Shown: in pieces, positions 30,363-41,598 of the stretch
Layout of the letters: the number at the start of each line of letters is the position of its first letter
Position numbering within the stretch: position 1 is the first letter of the stretch
DNA from: the human T2T-CHM13v2.0 reference genome, Homo sapiens
Length of the DNA: 64,000 nt
Reading direction: 5' to 3'
Assembly (NCBI GenBank): GCA_009914755.4
Contig: CP068257.2
Span: 38,272,001 to 38,336,000, forward strand
Notes under the pieces: model-generated
The model's input: only the letters and a program-made list of their open reading frames with translations
What the model was told of the DNA's origin: nothing
Database searches by the model: none
Program-made: the position numbers and the translations under genes

Positions 30363-31844
30363 GAATGAATTTTGCCTTTTCAACAGAAAAATTAGTATTT
30401 CTTCAATGATGATTATACCTTGTTTTTTTGTGCTCTTCCTCGCTTAATAAATTTGGACGAAGATCTGATCTCATTAGTTCTCATTCTTTGTAATCGATAA
30501 GCATGGATTTGTGCTAATTTGATTATCTAGTTCCACAATGGGCATTTTATATAAGCCAGGGTGCCTCTGGATGGAAGCCCGAGAAACAGAATAATAGGAA
30601 ATAGATGACCGAGAGGCGCTCAGAGTAAACTCTTACTTTTGGCTACCAAATTAGGCTTTGTATTAATGAGAACTTGATTTGAACAATCGAAGACTGTGGG
30701 TTTCAGAATACTTCTATTTTAGGACAAAAGAGAATTGTTCGCTCTTGGAAAAAGCTTTAAGTACCAAAGAAGGCACTAACTTGGTAAATGGAAAGCTAGA
30801 AGAAATGCGAATTGTGTTTTTGATTTGGGGAATACAATAGATGCAGAAAGTCCCCTTGCCTGGGACTGCTAATGCCTGAACTTGCTCATTAATCTCTGCC
30901 TCTTAGCACAGACCTGGAAAATTGCAATTCTCCGCACCAGCAGCCCCCATTCGATAAATATGGAGCCAGCAGGCAGGAACGAGAAGTGGCTCTGGGCTGT
31001 GGGGCTGGCTTGTTGGAATCCCACACTCCCCAAGCTGCAGAGGGATTGCAACTCAGGAAGTCAGGCAGAAGGACACAGTGGCTCTCTGCATGCTTTGTTC
31101 CCAGCTTTTTAAAGAGCTTATTGTCTTTTTTTAAATTGGCATTTCATAAAGTGTGATGCTGTATGCCAGCATTATTAGGTACTATGGGTATAAATTTATT
31201 GTTATAACTTTTTTTCCTCTGGAGGAATTGACCTTTTCTCCAACACTAGACGCCGTATTCTCTGAGTATATCTTGATCCAATGTGAGGTGTAAAGGATAA
31301 AAGCAAGGTGCAATCCTTGCTTGCTTTGTTACCTGTCTCTTTGGCTTTCTCTGCCTCAAGGGCAAGGGTTTGGGTCCTTAGGAGGGAACCCCACTCCCTC
31401 TCTTTGGCCGAGTGGCCTCGGTGTGGCCGAGGGGATCCCAGCTAAGAGGGCCCCAGCAGCACAGAACTCCGCATCAATTAGCTTAATGATATCAAGGGCA
31501 ACACAGCTGACAGATGTTAATTCTTCCAAAGTTAATATCGTACTTTGAAAGAAGGTAGAACATTCTAAGAACCTTGGCATTACAATACCCCAATTGCAAG
31601 GCATACTTAAGTTAAATGACTGTTATTTCTTTATAGCTTGCTAAAATTTAGGTCCTTTTATAGTACGCTATGTGCTGTGACTCCTAATGAAGGCAGACTC
31701 CTACTCAGGACTATTATATCCCAATTTACTTCTTGGGCACAAATTTCTGATCTACAGCATTAGGCGTTAGGAGGTCATTCATTTCTATCAAATCAATCTT
31801 AAAATATGAAGAGTGATAAATATGTAAATTAAAGCATTTACCTG

Positions 31845-32712
31845 TTTGTGTGGTGTGTATGAGTGTGTATGTGGTGTGATGTGTGTGGTCTAATGTGTGT
31901 ATGTCTATGGTGTGTGTGGTTTGTGTGTGTGTGGTGTGTATGTATGTGTAGTGTGTGGTGTGTAAAGTGTATTTGTGTATGTGTGGTATGTGTTTGTGTG
32001 TGTAATGTGGTGTATTTGTGAGTGTGTGGTATGTTTGTGTGTTTTGTGTGTGTAGTGTGGTGTGTTTGTGTGTGGTGTGTATGAGTGCGTGTGGTGAGGG
32101 TTGTGTTTGTGTAGGAGTGTGTCTGGTGAGGTGTGTTTGTGTATGAGTGCATGTGTGTGGAGTGAGAGGTGTGTGTTGGTGTGTGTGTGGTGTGTGTGTG
32201 GGGTGTGTTTGATGTGTGATGTGTGTGGTGTGTGGGTGTAGGTATGTATGTGTGGTGTGTGTGTGTAGGGTGTGTTTGTGTGTGTGTGGTGTGTGTGATG
32301 TGTGTGTGTGTTTGGTCTGTGTGTGGGGTGTTTGTGTGTGTGGTGTGTGTGGTGTAGTGTGTTTGATGTGTGATGTGTGATGTGTGTGGTGTGTGTTTGT
32401 GTGTGATACGATATGTGTGTTTGGTGTGGTGTGGGTGTGGTGTGTTTGTGTGATATGTGTTTGGTGTGGTGTGTGTGTGTGTGGTGTAGTGTGTGTGGTG
32501 TGTGTGTGTGTGGTGTGTATTTGATGTGTGATGTGTGATGTGTGTGTGGTATGTGTGTGGTGTGTTTGCATATGTGGTATGATGTGTGTTTGGTGTGGTG
32601 TGTGCGTGGTGTGTTTGTGTAAGTGTGTGTGGTGTGTGACTGTGTGATGGGTGTGGATGTGTCGGTCTGTTGTGTGTGTGTGGCGTGTTGTATGTGTGTG
32701 TGTCTGTGTGTT
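31845..32712. repeat. About 870-bp imperfect (GT)n / (TG)n-rich microsatellite-like tract (GTGTGT, GGTGTG, ATGTGTG variants)
   Basis: Almost exclusively G/T on the + strand. The 281-aa minus-strand ORF (HTHTTHT...) and the nested 104-aa ORF are translation artefacts of the CA-rich complement. Confidence 0.93.
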
Positions 32713-33774
32713 AAAAGTAAAAGCTGCTGTGGTGACTTATTGCTGGTTCCTCCAATGATCTAACCATGATGACGTGAGCAATGACCTTTCATCGCCATCA
32801 ACTGGGAAACAAACAGATTTGAGAGTTTCCTTTCCTAAGTTTAGGGGTTAATATATTTTTGAATTGTGCTGTGTTTCAAACTTTTTATCCTTTCTGGGAC
32901 TGTTGCAGGATCCATGAATAGCTCTGTCATGCCCTAGGTGACTTTTCATGTCTGTTAATTTCCTAGGAATTTATGTTAATTATTTGAAGCCTGCCTCTTA
33001 GATTGTGAATGCACAGATGAAGACCATTTTTCTGGAAGTGCTATTTCCCACCATCCGTGAAGAGCCCTGGCTGCCGCCCCCATCCTGGTTGGCCTCACTG
33101 TGGGGCTGTGCCCCTCCCAGGATGGCTCCTTGGCAGAGGCCCCACCTGACAATCTTACCTCACACTCTCCAGCGGCCTGCTTTGCTCTTTGAATCTCTGA
33201 AATTCTATTACTTACTTGTGCATTTACCTTTCCATTTGTTTTCCTGGGGAGGGAGGGGACTAGGTTTGTTCTCTGCTCTCTCCCAGCCCCCAGGACAGGG
33301 ATGGCTCTCTCAGACCACTCGCCGAACTCATGAATTTGGTATAGTTCCCCCAGACTGCCTGGTAAACCAGCAGATTTTGCAAGCTGGTTGACTGTATTAT
33401 GTGTTTAGACTTGGACCATCCAAGAGATGCTTTTCCCCCAGAGCTATATTGACTGGTCCATAAAGAAGTCTGTCAGCTTGGTCTACATCTAAGGAGATGA
33501 AGTAGCACAACCCCACAGGATGAAAACAAGATTTGGAACAAGACCCAGATCCCAAGTCAGGCTTGGCCAGTCTTCACGAGGTGATCTTAAGCGAGGCCCT
33601 TCTAGAACGGGGATGATGAATGTTTCCTCAGCTCTCATAAATGACTACGTAAGTCCAAACTACAGATTACAGAAGCCCAAATTCTCTTTGTAAAATAGGG
33701 AATCTTAAATTCTGATTCTCTATGATGCAAAGCAACTTTAAAACCTATGAAGCCTCCAAATTAGGTCAGGTGCT

Positions 33775-34082
33775 GTTATAGGCTGAGCCGTGTCGTCTCC
33801 CCACCCAAATTAATATGTGGAAGCTCTAACCTCTGGTACCCCAGATTGTAACTACATTTGGAGATGGTTAAAAAGATGGTTAATTGATTAATGTTAAATT
33901 AATGTCCTCATGTGGTGAGGACACAGCAAAAAGGTGGAGAGAGGCCTCACGAGAAACCACACCTGCTAACACCTTCATCTCCAACTTCTGGCCTCCAGAA
34001 CTGTGGGAAAATAAATTCCCATTGGTGAAGCCATCTAGTCTCTGGTATTTTGTTATGGCAGCCCGAGCAAACTCATACTCTT
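33775..34082 (+). mobile_element. MaLR (THE1/MST/MLT1-like) solo LTR, probably with internal deletion
   Basis: ...CCCACCCAAATTAATATGTGGAAGCTCTAACC...TTTGGAGATGG...TCATGTGGTGAGGACACAGCAAAAAGGTGGAGAGAGGCCTCACGAGAAACCACACCTGCTAACACCTTCATCTCCAACTTCTGGCCTCCAGAACTGTGGGAAAATAAATTCCCATTGGTGAAGCCATCTAGTCTCTGGTATTTTGTTATGGCAGCCCGAGCAAACTCATAC. Confidence 0.72.
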
Positions 34083-34185
34083 CTCGACAAGTATCTGCTG
34101 ATGGACTATGGGACTGATGTGAGAACCTCTGCTCCAGCACCAAACTCTGTTGTATCAGAATAGATAAATGCAAGTGGAATTTTAA

Positions 34186-34365
<180 letters not shown>

Positions 34366-34752
34366 TGAGACTCGTAAAATTCATTTGGGACTGTCTTCAA
34401 CTGGTAGTATAATAGTTCCTAACCTTTATATTTATGATTCTCTATTTTACATTTGCCCATCAAATGATCTGTAAAATAAAATCTACTTGAGTATATGAGG
34501 GAGGATGTATTTAATGCTCAATAAAGAGTGGTTTTTATTACCATTCCATCTTTAAGAAGGGCTGCCTGAGCTTTCTCTTGTGACATAATAAAACATATAA
34601 TTGCAGAGGCCACCTTCTATTCAGTTTCTGTGGGGGAAAGGCAGTATTTCAGGAAAGTAGCATAAGAAATGTCTATACTAGTGCAAAGTTTAAACTTGAA
34701 TAGGACTGTTTTGCTTCCTAGTGGAGGTCATGGCAGAACTGAATCAGGGGAC

Positions 34753-34824
34753 GTTCCAAGCCTCAGGGAGCATCATTTCTTCATTATTTTTCCAAGCCTC
34801 AGGGAGCATCATTTCTTCATTATT
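34753..34824. repeat. Perfect 36-bp tandem duplication
   Basis: TTCCAAGCCTCAGGGAGCATCATTTCTTCATTATT[T/C] occurs twice, head-to-tail. Confidence 0.9.
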
Positions 34825-36631
34825 CAAGGGCCATTGGCAGAGCTCTGTGTCAGGTCCTGGTGGTTTAATGAGGTTTCTGCTCAGAGGGAAAAGCCTCATT
34901 GCCTGGAGCCATTTTGCAACTACACTGTTTGTTGAGAAAGGGCAATGTGACAGGTGCACAGGTAATGGACAGGTAGCTAGATAATGTAGCAGTTCACGTA
35001 GCTGCCCAGCCTGATAGATTTTGATTGTCACTTCCTTTGAGGTGAGATCTTACAGGTGATGGACTTGGCTGATGTCTGAAGGCCTTGTGAGGGATAATGG
35101 CCCCCCAGGCACACAGGATGTTGAATCATGGGACCATTTTTTTGGAGCTATAGTGATCAATAAGTCGGGTTTCCCCTAGTCTTCTAGTGGAGTGGGAATT
35201 GCTGTTCTCTTACATCAGATCTGCTAATTGGCATGAATATCTCTTGACTGTTCTGTGGTCAGCTTGAAAATTTCAGAATGTCTATGCAGAGTGGGAAAAG
35301 GTAGAATTCCAGGACCTGCGGCAAATACAAGTAATGACAACTGTGAAGCCCTGGATGGCTTACAAGGTGTTTTGGTGAAATACTTCTTAAAAGGAAAAGC
35401 CGTAGACAAGTCAAATGTAGTGGAGTTGAGCAAAGAATGATTCCAGAATTAGGTGTCTCTCTGAACCAGAACAGGTTCTCAGAACTCCAGCCTGCCACGT
35501 GGTCAGGCAGCCTTGATGGGCAGAAAGCAGACGTGAGGCACCGAGGCAGCTTAACTGGTTACAGTGCAGCATTTTGCCCTGCTTGAGTAAGTTGCCCACC
35601 TGTGATTGACTGAAAATGGGCTGCTGTGATTGATGGAGAGCCCACTATTTGTTGACCAGAGCATGCCTGTACAGTACTCCTGAGTTAGGCTTCTAGTTAG
35701 TTTTTGTACTAAGACTGTAGTTTTTATTTGAGGACTGGAGTATGGAGGCATCCTCAGGCCAAATGTAATTTAGTCTAAACTGCTGCTCCCTCAGACTGAA
35801 AAGCCTCCATGGAGAGTGGGCGTGGCCAAAGTGATTTTCCAGTACAGGCGGCAGAATCCTATGTGCACATGTCAGGGAGAGGCCACCCAGTCCAGACCTA
35901 AGCCTTCAGCCATCTGTGTGAAGGAGAAAGTGGTAACATGACGGAAATGATTGTACTGCAATCTGGACATGACAATGGCATTCGTTTCGTCCATACCACT
36001 CGTTTAGACGCCCTGCTCCCTCCTGGACACAGAAGCTCTGCAAAGGCCTCTAGGCCACTAGGAGGGCGTGGTGTGTGCCCTCGTAGCTAAGGAGAATGTC
36101 CTTTTGTATTGTCTAAGCTTTACAGTGACATGACTTGTGAGTTGTGGACTGTATCGGTCGGCAGTGGGAAGTCTCTCTTTTGAACAAATTTTAAGGATAT
36201 TCTTTCTGCCTTGTATTTCTGAGCTGGGGCCATCTTGCAACAAGCCCAGCAAACACAGCTGACCATGATGGCCATGCGGGCGGCCATGATGGAAAGTGCC
36301 CCCTTCCTCCCTGGATGAGGGCCCGAGTGATCCATGAATCTCACCACTGAGCAGACACAGACACCCTGAGGCTGGAGAGCCACCTTACTGCCCACGTCCC
36401 CTTCACTGGCCTTTGCAGCTCTGGCCACGCCATGCCCAGTACAGTGTGGCCTGTGCTTTAAGGTACAACCGAGTGTTGATCTGAACATAAACCTAACACT
36501 GGGAGCCAGGTAGCACAGGCTTTTGTTTTCCAGATGAGAAAACTGAGCACCAGAGAAGCTAAGAACTTTTTTCAGAGTCACAGAGCAGTCAGAGGCAATC
36601 CCCAAATTCAGATTTTACCTGAAATCCATAG

Positions 36632-37047
<416 letters not shown>

Positions 37048-39423
37048 CCGGGTTTTGTTTATTCCCTGGCCAGCTATTGGTGGCAGGCTCTGTTCTAGGC
37101 AAGAAGAGGCTTAAAAACCCGCCTGGAGCTTCTCTTGTTCTGCTGGGTCCCCACAGGCTCCTCTGGGGCCACAGGCCCTGGCCCAGGGGCATGAGGGTAC
37201 TCCTGTGCCTTCCTCTTTCCCTGTGTGCCTATTGAGGTCTGGACGTCTGCCCCTGGACACCTGTGCCCCTCTTCTCTCCATTCAGCCTTGAGCATTTCCT
37301 GAGGCTTTCCCCCATGAAACAGCAGTGCTCCCTGACGTCATTCTCAGGTGCCAGGTTTCCCATCTTCCTTACAGTGCCCCCTGTGGGCTGTGTCCCTCTG
37401 GCTGCCCAGACAGTGGCTTTCTCAGGACAGCTCCCAGCTACATGCCTCCTTGGAGGCCCCTTGAGGCCCTCCTCCATGACAATGCTGCAGGGAGTGAGGA
37501 CAAGGACTCGCCTCACAGACTGAAGTTAAATGGTTACCAAGGAGGGTACCGTGCTTGTTTAGTCCTCCAGATAAAGGCATGCCTTTGACAGCTGCCTAGC
37601 ATATTGATTAATGGCTCACTTGCAATCAACAGTTGTTAATTGAACACCTACTGTGTGTGTGCGCTGGATCCTATGTAAGCTGTTGGAACAAGGCGGACAA
37701 AGTCCCGGGCCTCACAGAGCTCACGCTCTAGCGTAGAAGACCGAGGACAAACCAGAGAAGGAAACAAAGAAGTAAAGTCATGGGTAGCAATTGCACCGTG
37801 AAGAACTGCAATGCAGGCTTGGGGGTGTGGCGTGCCCCTAGGGGACATATTCGGGGAATGTCCTCTCCTAGGGCTCTTCAGTCTCCCCAGCAGGCGTGGC
37901 CGAGGGCTTCCCTGTGGGTATCAGCAGTAGAAAGGGCCCCCTGTACTGCCCGTGGGTCCCCGCCTCTGCCCGGGAGTGATGGGGCTGGGGAAGCTCCTCA
38001 CAGGGCCACCCTGCTCCTGTGGCCTTGTCACTGTCACTGGGGTCATCCTTGGGGAACCTTGGCAGGCTCCAAGGCCCTGAAGAATGGTTCTGGGAGTGGG
38101 TGCCTGGCTGTGGTCCCTTCCCTTACTCTCCTCCCCTACCTTTGTGCCTGCTGAATCTGGAGTATTTAGAACTGTACTTTCCTGACTTCCAGGGCCACAG
38201 ACCATTTGTACTGAACCCTGTGCCACCGAGTCTAATTGGTTGTCCCTTCTCCACTGCAGTCGGGTGCCCCATTCTCTTCTTTACACACTCCTGACTGGCT
38301 CAGCGGAAGGAGCTCCTGCCACTCCTCTAACAGCATCTGACCTTCCCCGCCGCCCCGGGAACTGGACTCTCTGAAGTATACAGAAAAGTAGCGATTCCTT
38401 AAATGTTAGTGGTTTCTTTTTTAAACAATGTAATATTTTTCAAATGAGGAATCAATCAGTCACTTTTGGCTGAGATATCAGTTTAAGATATAAGTGCAAA
38501 ATTGATTTCTGTGAACTGTCCTCACTGTTTCATTATATATTTCCTTAATATACATAATTTTCTGCGTCTTCATTTGTCATTTGTCAAAAAATAATATTGC
38601 CGCTTTCTTCCATCATTATAAAAGGGAAAAGACAAATCAGGCCCTTTAAAAACTTCAGATTCCAGCAACATTTTACATTTAAAAGGGAAACTTCCCCTCC
38701 TACTTGGAATCAGAGTGAATTTTTCCCCTTTGCACTCACTGTACAGTTGATGCAAGGATTCCTCTGGGAGTAGAAGGATTTGGGACTATAAACCATCTTA
38801 TGAAAAATGACAACTCCCAGTGCTGTAGATGCTACCTAACCAAGGATGTTATTGGTACGAAAGGGTTTATTGCCATGAGCACAAACACTGGAGCCATTTG
38901 CATTCTGGGTTTGCTAGACACTTGACCTCCAGTCCCAGGCTCATGTGATAACATTAATTAACCACTTTTAAAACATCTACTTGAGCCACAGGAAACTTTT
39001 ACTTCTCCCAGTGATCCTACCCCTTATTTTTCTCCAAAGAAAGGGCCCTGGCAATGTAGAAGACAATGTGAATAGCTACCTGGAGTGTGAAAAACAGTTC
39101 CACTTGTCTATCATTTGGGCTGTCCTGGGTTAAAAAGGAAGCACCCCCATCCCCTGCCTCTGAAATATTCCTGAACATTGGTGCACTCAACATCTCTGCT
39201 TTTATGAGCATTGGCAGCAAGTTTGAAATAGAAGACAACAGTTCTCTGATTTGGGTCATGGCTCCATCAGTCCTACAAGGCTTCCAAAGCCAGAGCTGAC
39301 ATTCCCTCCTCCTAGGTGAGAGGATGATTGAAGGGTCCCAGGTGGAAACTGATTAGGATCTAGGAAAATTGAGAGGAGGCTGCTTACAGCTCTGCAGATG
39401 CATCTGAAATAAGTGCTGATTCT

Positions 39424-39491
39424 CATCTATCTATTACCTGTCTATCTGTATTTGTCTATCATCTACTTATGTTTGTCTGTCTGTCTCTCTG

Positions 39492-39538
<47 letters not shown>

Positions 39539-39613
39539 ATCTATCTATCTATCTGTCTATCTATCTATCTATATATCTATCATCTATCTATCTATCTATC
39601 ATCATCTATCTAG
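39424..39613. repeat. Compound tetranucleotide STR (TCTA)n with TCTG/TCA interruptions
   Basis: The core at 39493-39613 is about 25 near-perfect TCTA units. The 66-aa ORF (LSIYLSIYL...) is an artefact of it. Confidence 0.95.
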
Positions 39614-40233
39614 AGCAAGCAGGATAGAACAGGCAGGCCTTACCTCAAGTCCTCAAGGAACCCCAGCTTCCTCCACCCTCTCTGATAGAGCTGGTGCCTG
39701 AGCATTATTATGCAAAGTCCCTAAACAAGGTAGTGGATGATGAACTCAGGCTGCCTGGTGACACTCAGGAATAGAGCCCACTCCCTGCTCACTGGCTGGG
39801 GCTTTTCCTCTGCCTCAGAATGCCTCCAGTTCTCCCATCTCCAAGTTGGCTGTGCTCCTCACAGGGCTGGCCTCCTCTGCTCTAGGTGCAAGCCCAGGGT
39901 GGCAGCGAGGCTCTTGGCCCAGGTCCCAGGAGAGGTCAGTTCTGTCCCCAGTTCTGGCTTGAGCTAACTCCAAGGCCTCCTTTGTCCTTGGATCTCAATT
40001 CTGGCCACACCTGAGAGTCTTTTTAAAAGAAGTGTAGATGTCTGGCCTCCCCACAGGGACACGGATTTCTCAACATCCATCTTGCTCTTAGGAGCACCCT
40101 TCCCACTGCGGCTGTGCAAGGAGGAAGCCCTGAGTCTGGGGTGAGACCCTCATGCCTGTATTTAAAAAAAGAAAGAAAAAGAAAAACGATGCCTTTGATG
40201 AATCTGATGTTTAGCCTTCATCAGACTAGAGGC

Positions 40234-40370
40234 ATTTATTATTTTATTTTAGTTTTTTATTTCTGTAGGTTTTTGGGGAACAGGTGGTGTTTGGTTACAT
40301 GAGTAAGTTCTTCAGTGGTGATTTGTAAGATTTTGATACACCCATCACCTGAGCAGCATACACTATACAC
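40234..40370 (-). mobile_element. L1 (older L1PB/L1MA-type) extreme 3' end fragment, antisense, with A-rich tail complement at the left
   Basis: The + strand reads ATTTATTATTTTATTTTAGTTTTTTATTTCTGTAGGTTTTTGGGGAACAGGTGGTGTTTGGTTACATGAGTAAGTTCTTCAGTGGTGATTTGTAAGATTTTGATACACCCATCACCTGAGCAGCATACACTATACAC. This is the revcomp of L1 3'UTR ...GGGTGATGGGTG.ACCAAAATCT.A.AAATCACCACT.AAGAACTTA.TCATGTAACCAAA.ACCACCTGTTCCCCAAAAACC. Confidence 0.75.
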
Positions 40371-40403
40371 TCTACGGCCATACCACCCTGAACACGCCGG
40401 GTC
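40371..40403 (+). pseudogene. 5S rRNA 5'-end fragment (about 33 nt), contiguous with the L1 fragment inside one TSD-flanked insertion
   Basis: TCTACGGCCATACCACCCTGAACACGCCGGGTC versus human 5S rRNA nt 2-34 (TCTACGGCCATACCACCCTGAACGCGCCCGATC): 23/23 then 7/10 identical. The whole 40234-40403 insert is flanked by the 16-bp direct repeat TCATCAGACTAGAGGC (40218-40233 and 40404-40419). Confidence 0.7.
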
Positions 40404-41159
40404 TCATCAGACTAGAGGCTTTTGAAAGACATTTACCTTCCACGACTGAAGAATTTTATTGATTTATTTGTTTTTCCGTCTTGGCTGCACTGGCCCTGTG
40501 CTGTGGTAAGGTATACAGCACAGAGGCCCAAGCCTTCGTTCCTCACCACCCCCCACTTTGTGTCCTGTCACCGTGTGAATTGGTGAAATCCCTCCACCTC
40601 AGCAAGCCATTTGCCAAGTCTACCTCATAGGAACAAGAATGTAAGCTTTGTGAAAGTTCAGTCGAACTGTGAAGGTCAAATGGTGTCATCCCATCTTGAC
40701 GATGATAAAAATGGAAGCCCTGATTGCAATAAGCAAATCTTTCCTGAGAATGACACACAGAATTATACACGGAAACTCAGTATATGACTCTGCTGACTCA
40801 GTAATTGTGAATATCAGCTATCATTGGACCAATATCTTAGCAATATTAAATGGTACCTCTGTGAGATAGCAGGAGAAAGTAACAGCACAGCCAGTATTAA
40901 AACCATATATCAAGATGGTCACTGAGAACAGAAAATCATGTGCAGAAAATACATGAAGTGTTGAGACTGTGTCCTTGAGTTTCATTGTCCTGCTCAGGTG
41001 GTAGATTCTGAGCTCTGTCAAAACACTCCACTGGATTTTACTTTGCAGATGAGCTCTTGTCCTGGGGTGTAAGTTAAGCCCCTGTGTGTGCCCCAAGGTG
41101 GACTTCCTGGCTTCACTTATCTAGTGGGGCTGTCTGCTTTCCTATTTTCAGCTCAGTGA

Positions 41160-41318
<159 letters not shown>

Positions 41319-41598
41319 TGGGAGAACCCCCTCCTAGTCCACCTGAAAACACCAAATTCAACCATCATCTGTCAAGAAATTAAAAGAACAACACCCTAGA
41401 GAGAAGTCATCCACACACAATCCACACACGCATAGCAAACCTCCAATGCATGTACAGAAACCTGTGATATTTATACCCTTGTAGGAAGGTATAGACAATG
41501 GAATTGTGAGTAGCTTAATCTCTATGTTTCTCTCCATTTTCATTCCTCCTGCAACTATTTTCCTTGATGTTGTAATAAAATGAAGTTACGATGAGTGA
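41319..41598 (+). other. PCP4: PCP4 3' UTR (about 280 nt) up to the probable cleavage site about 15-20 nt after the AATAAA
   Basis: Contiguous with the stop codon. Its single canonical AATAAA at 41574-41579 is consistent with the short (~0.5 kb) PCP4 mRNA. Confidence 0.75.
41574..41579 (+). promoter_or_regulatory. PCP4: Polyadenylation signal AATAAA for PCP4
   Basis: TGTTGTAATAAAATGAAGTTACG lies about 255 nt downstream of the stop codon and is followed by a GT/T-rich stretch (GAGTGAATTCAAGTGACTGCCTTTCTTTCTCTC). Confidence 0.75.

Noticed and set aside
31726-32571. 281-aa ORF (minus strand) and nested 104-aa ORF, the longest in the track
   Set aside because: They are pure translations of the CA/GT microsatellite (HTHTTHT...). 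They have no complexity and no start context.
37050-38400. GC-rich (about 58%) block in intron 2, considered as a CpG island or alternative promoter
   Set aside because: It has very few CpG dinucleotides. It is GC-rich but CpG-depleted, so it is not a CpG island. There is no TATA or Inr or first-exon signal.
39413-39613. 66-aa ORF MLILIYLLPVYLYLSIIYL...
   Set aside because: It is a translation of the TCTA tetranucleotide STR.
40404-40413. Weak 5S-rRNA similarity continuing into the right TSD (TCATCAGAC vs TCGTCTGAT)
   Set aside because: Only about 6/9 matches, and the left TSD copy is not preceded by 5S-like sequence. The target site was therefore not inside a 5S pseudogene, and the extension is coincidental.
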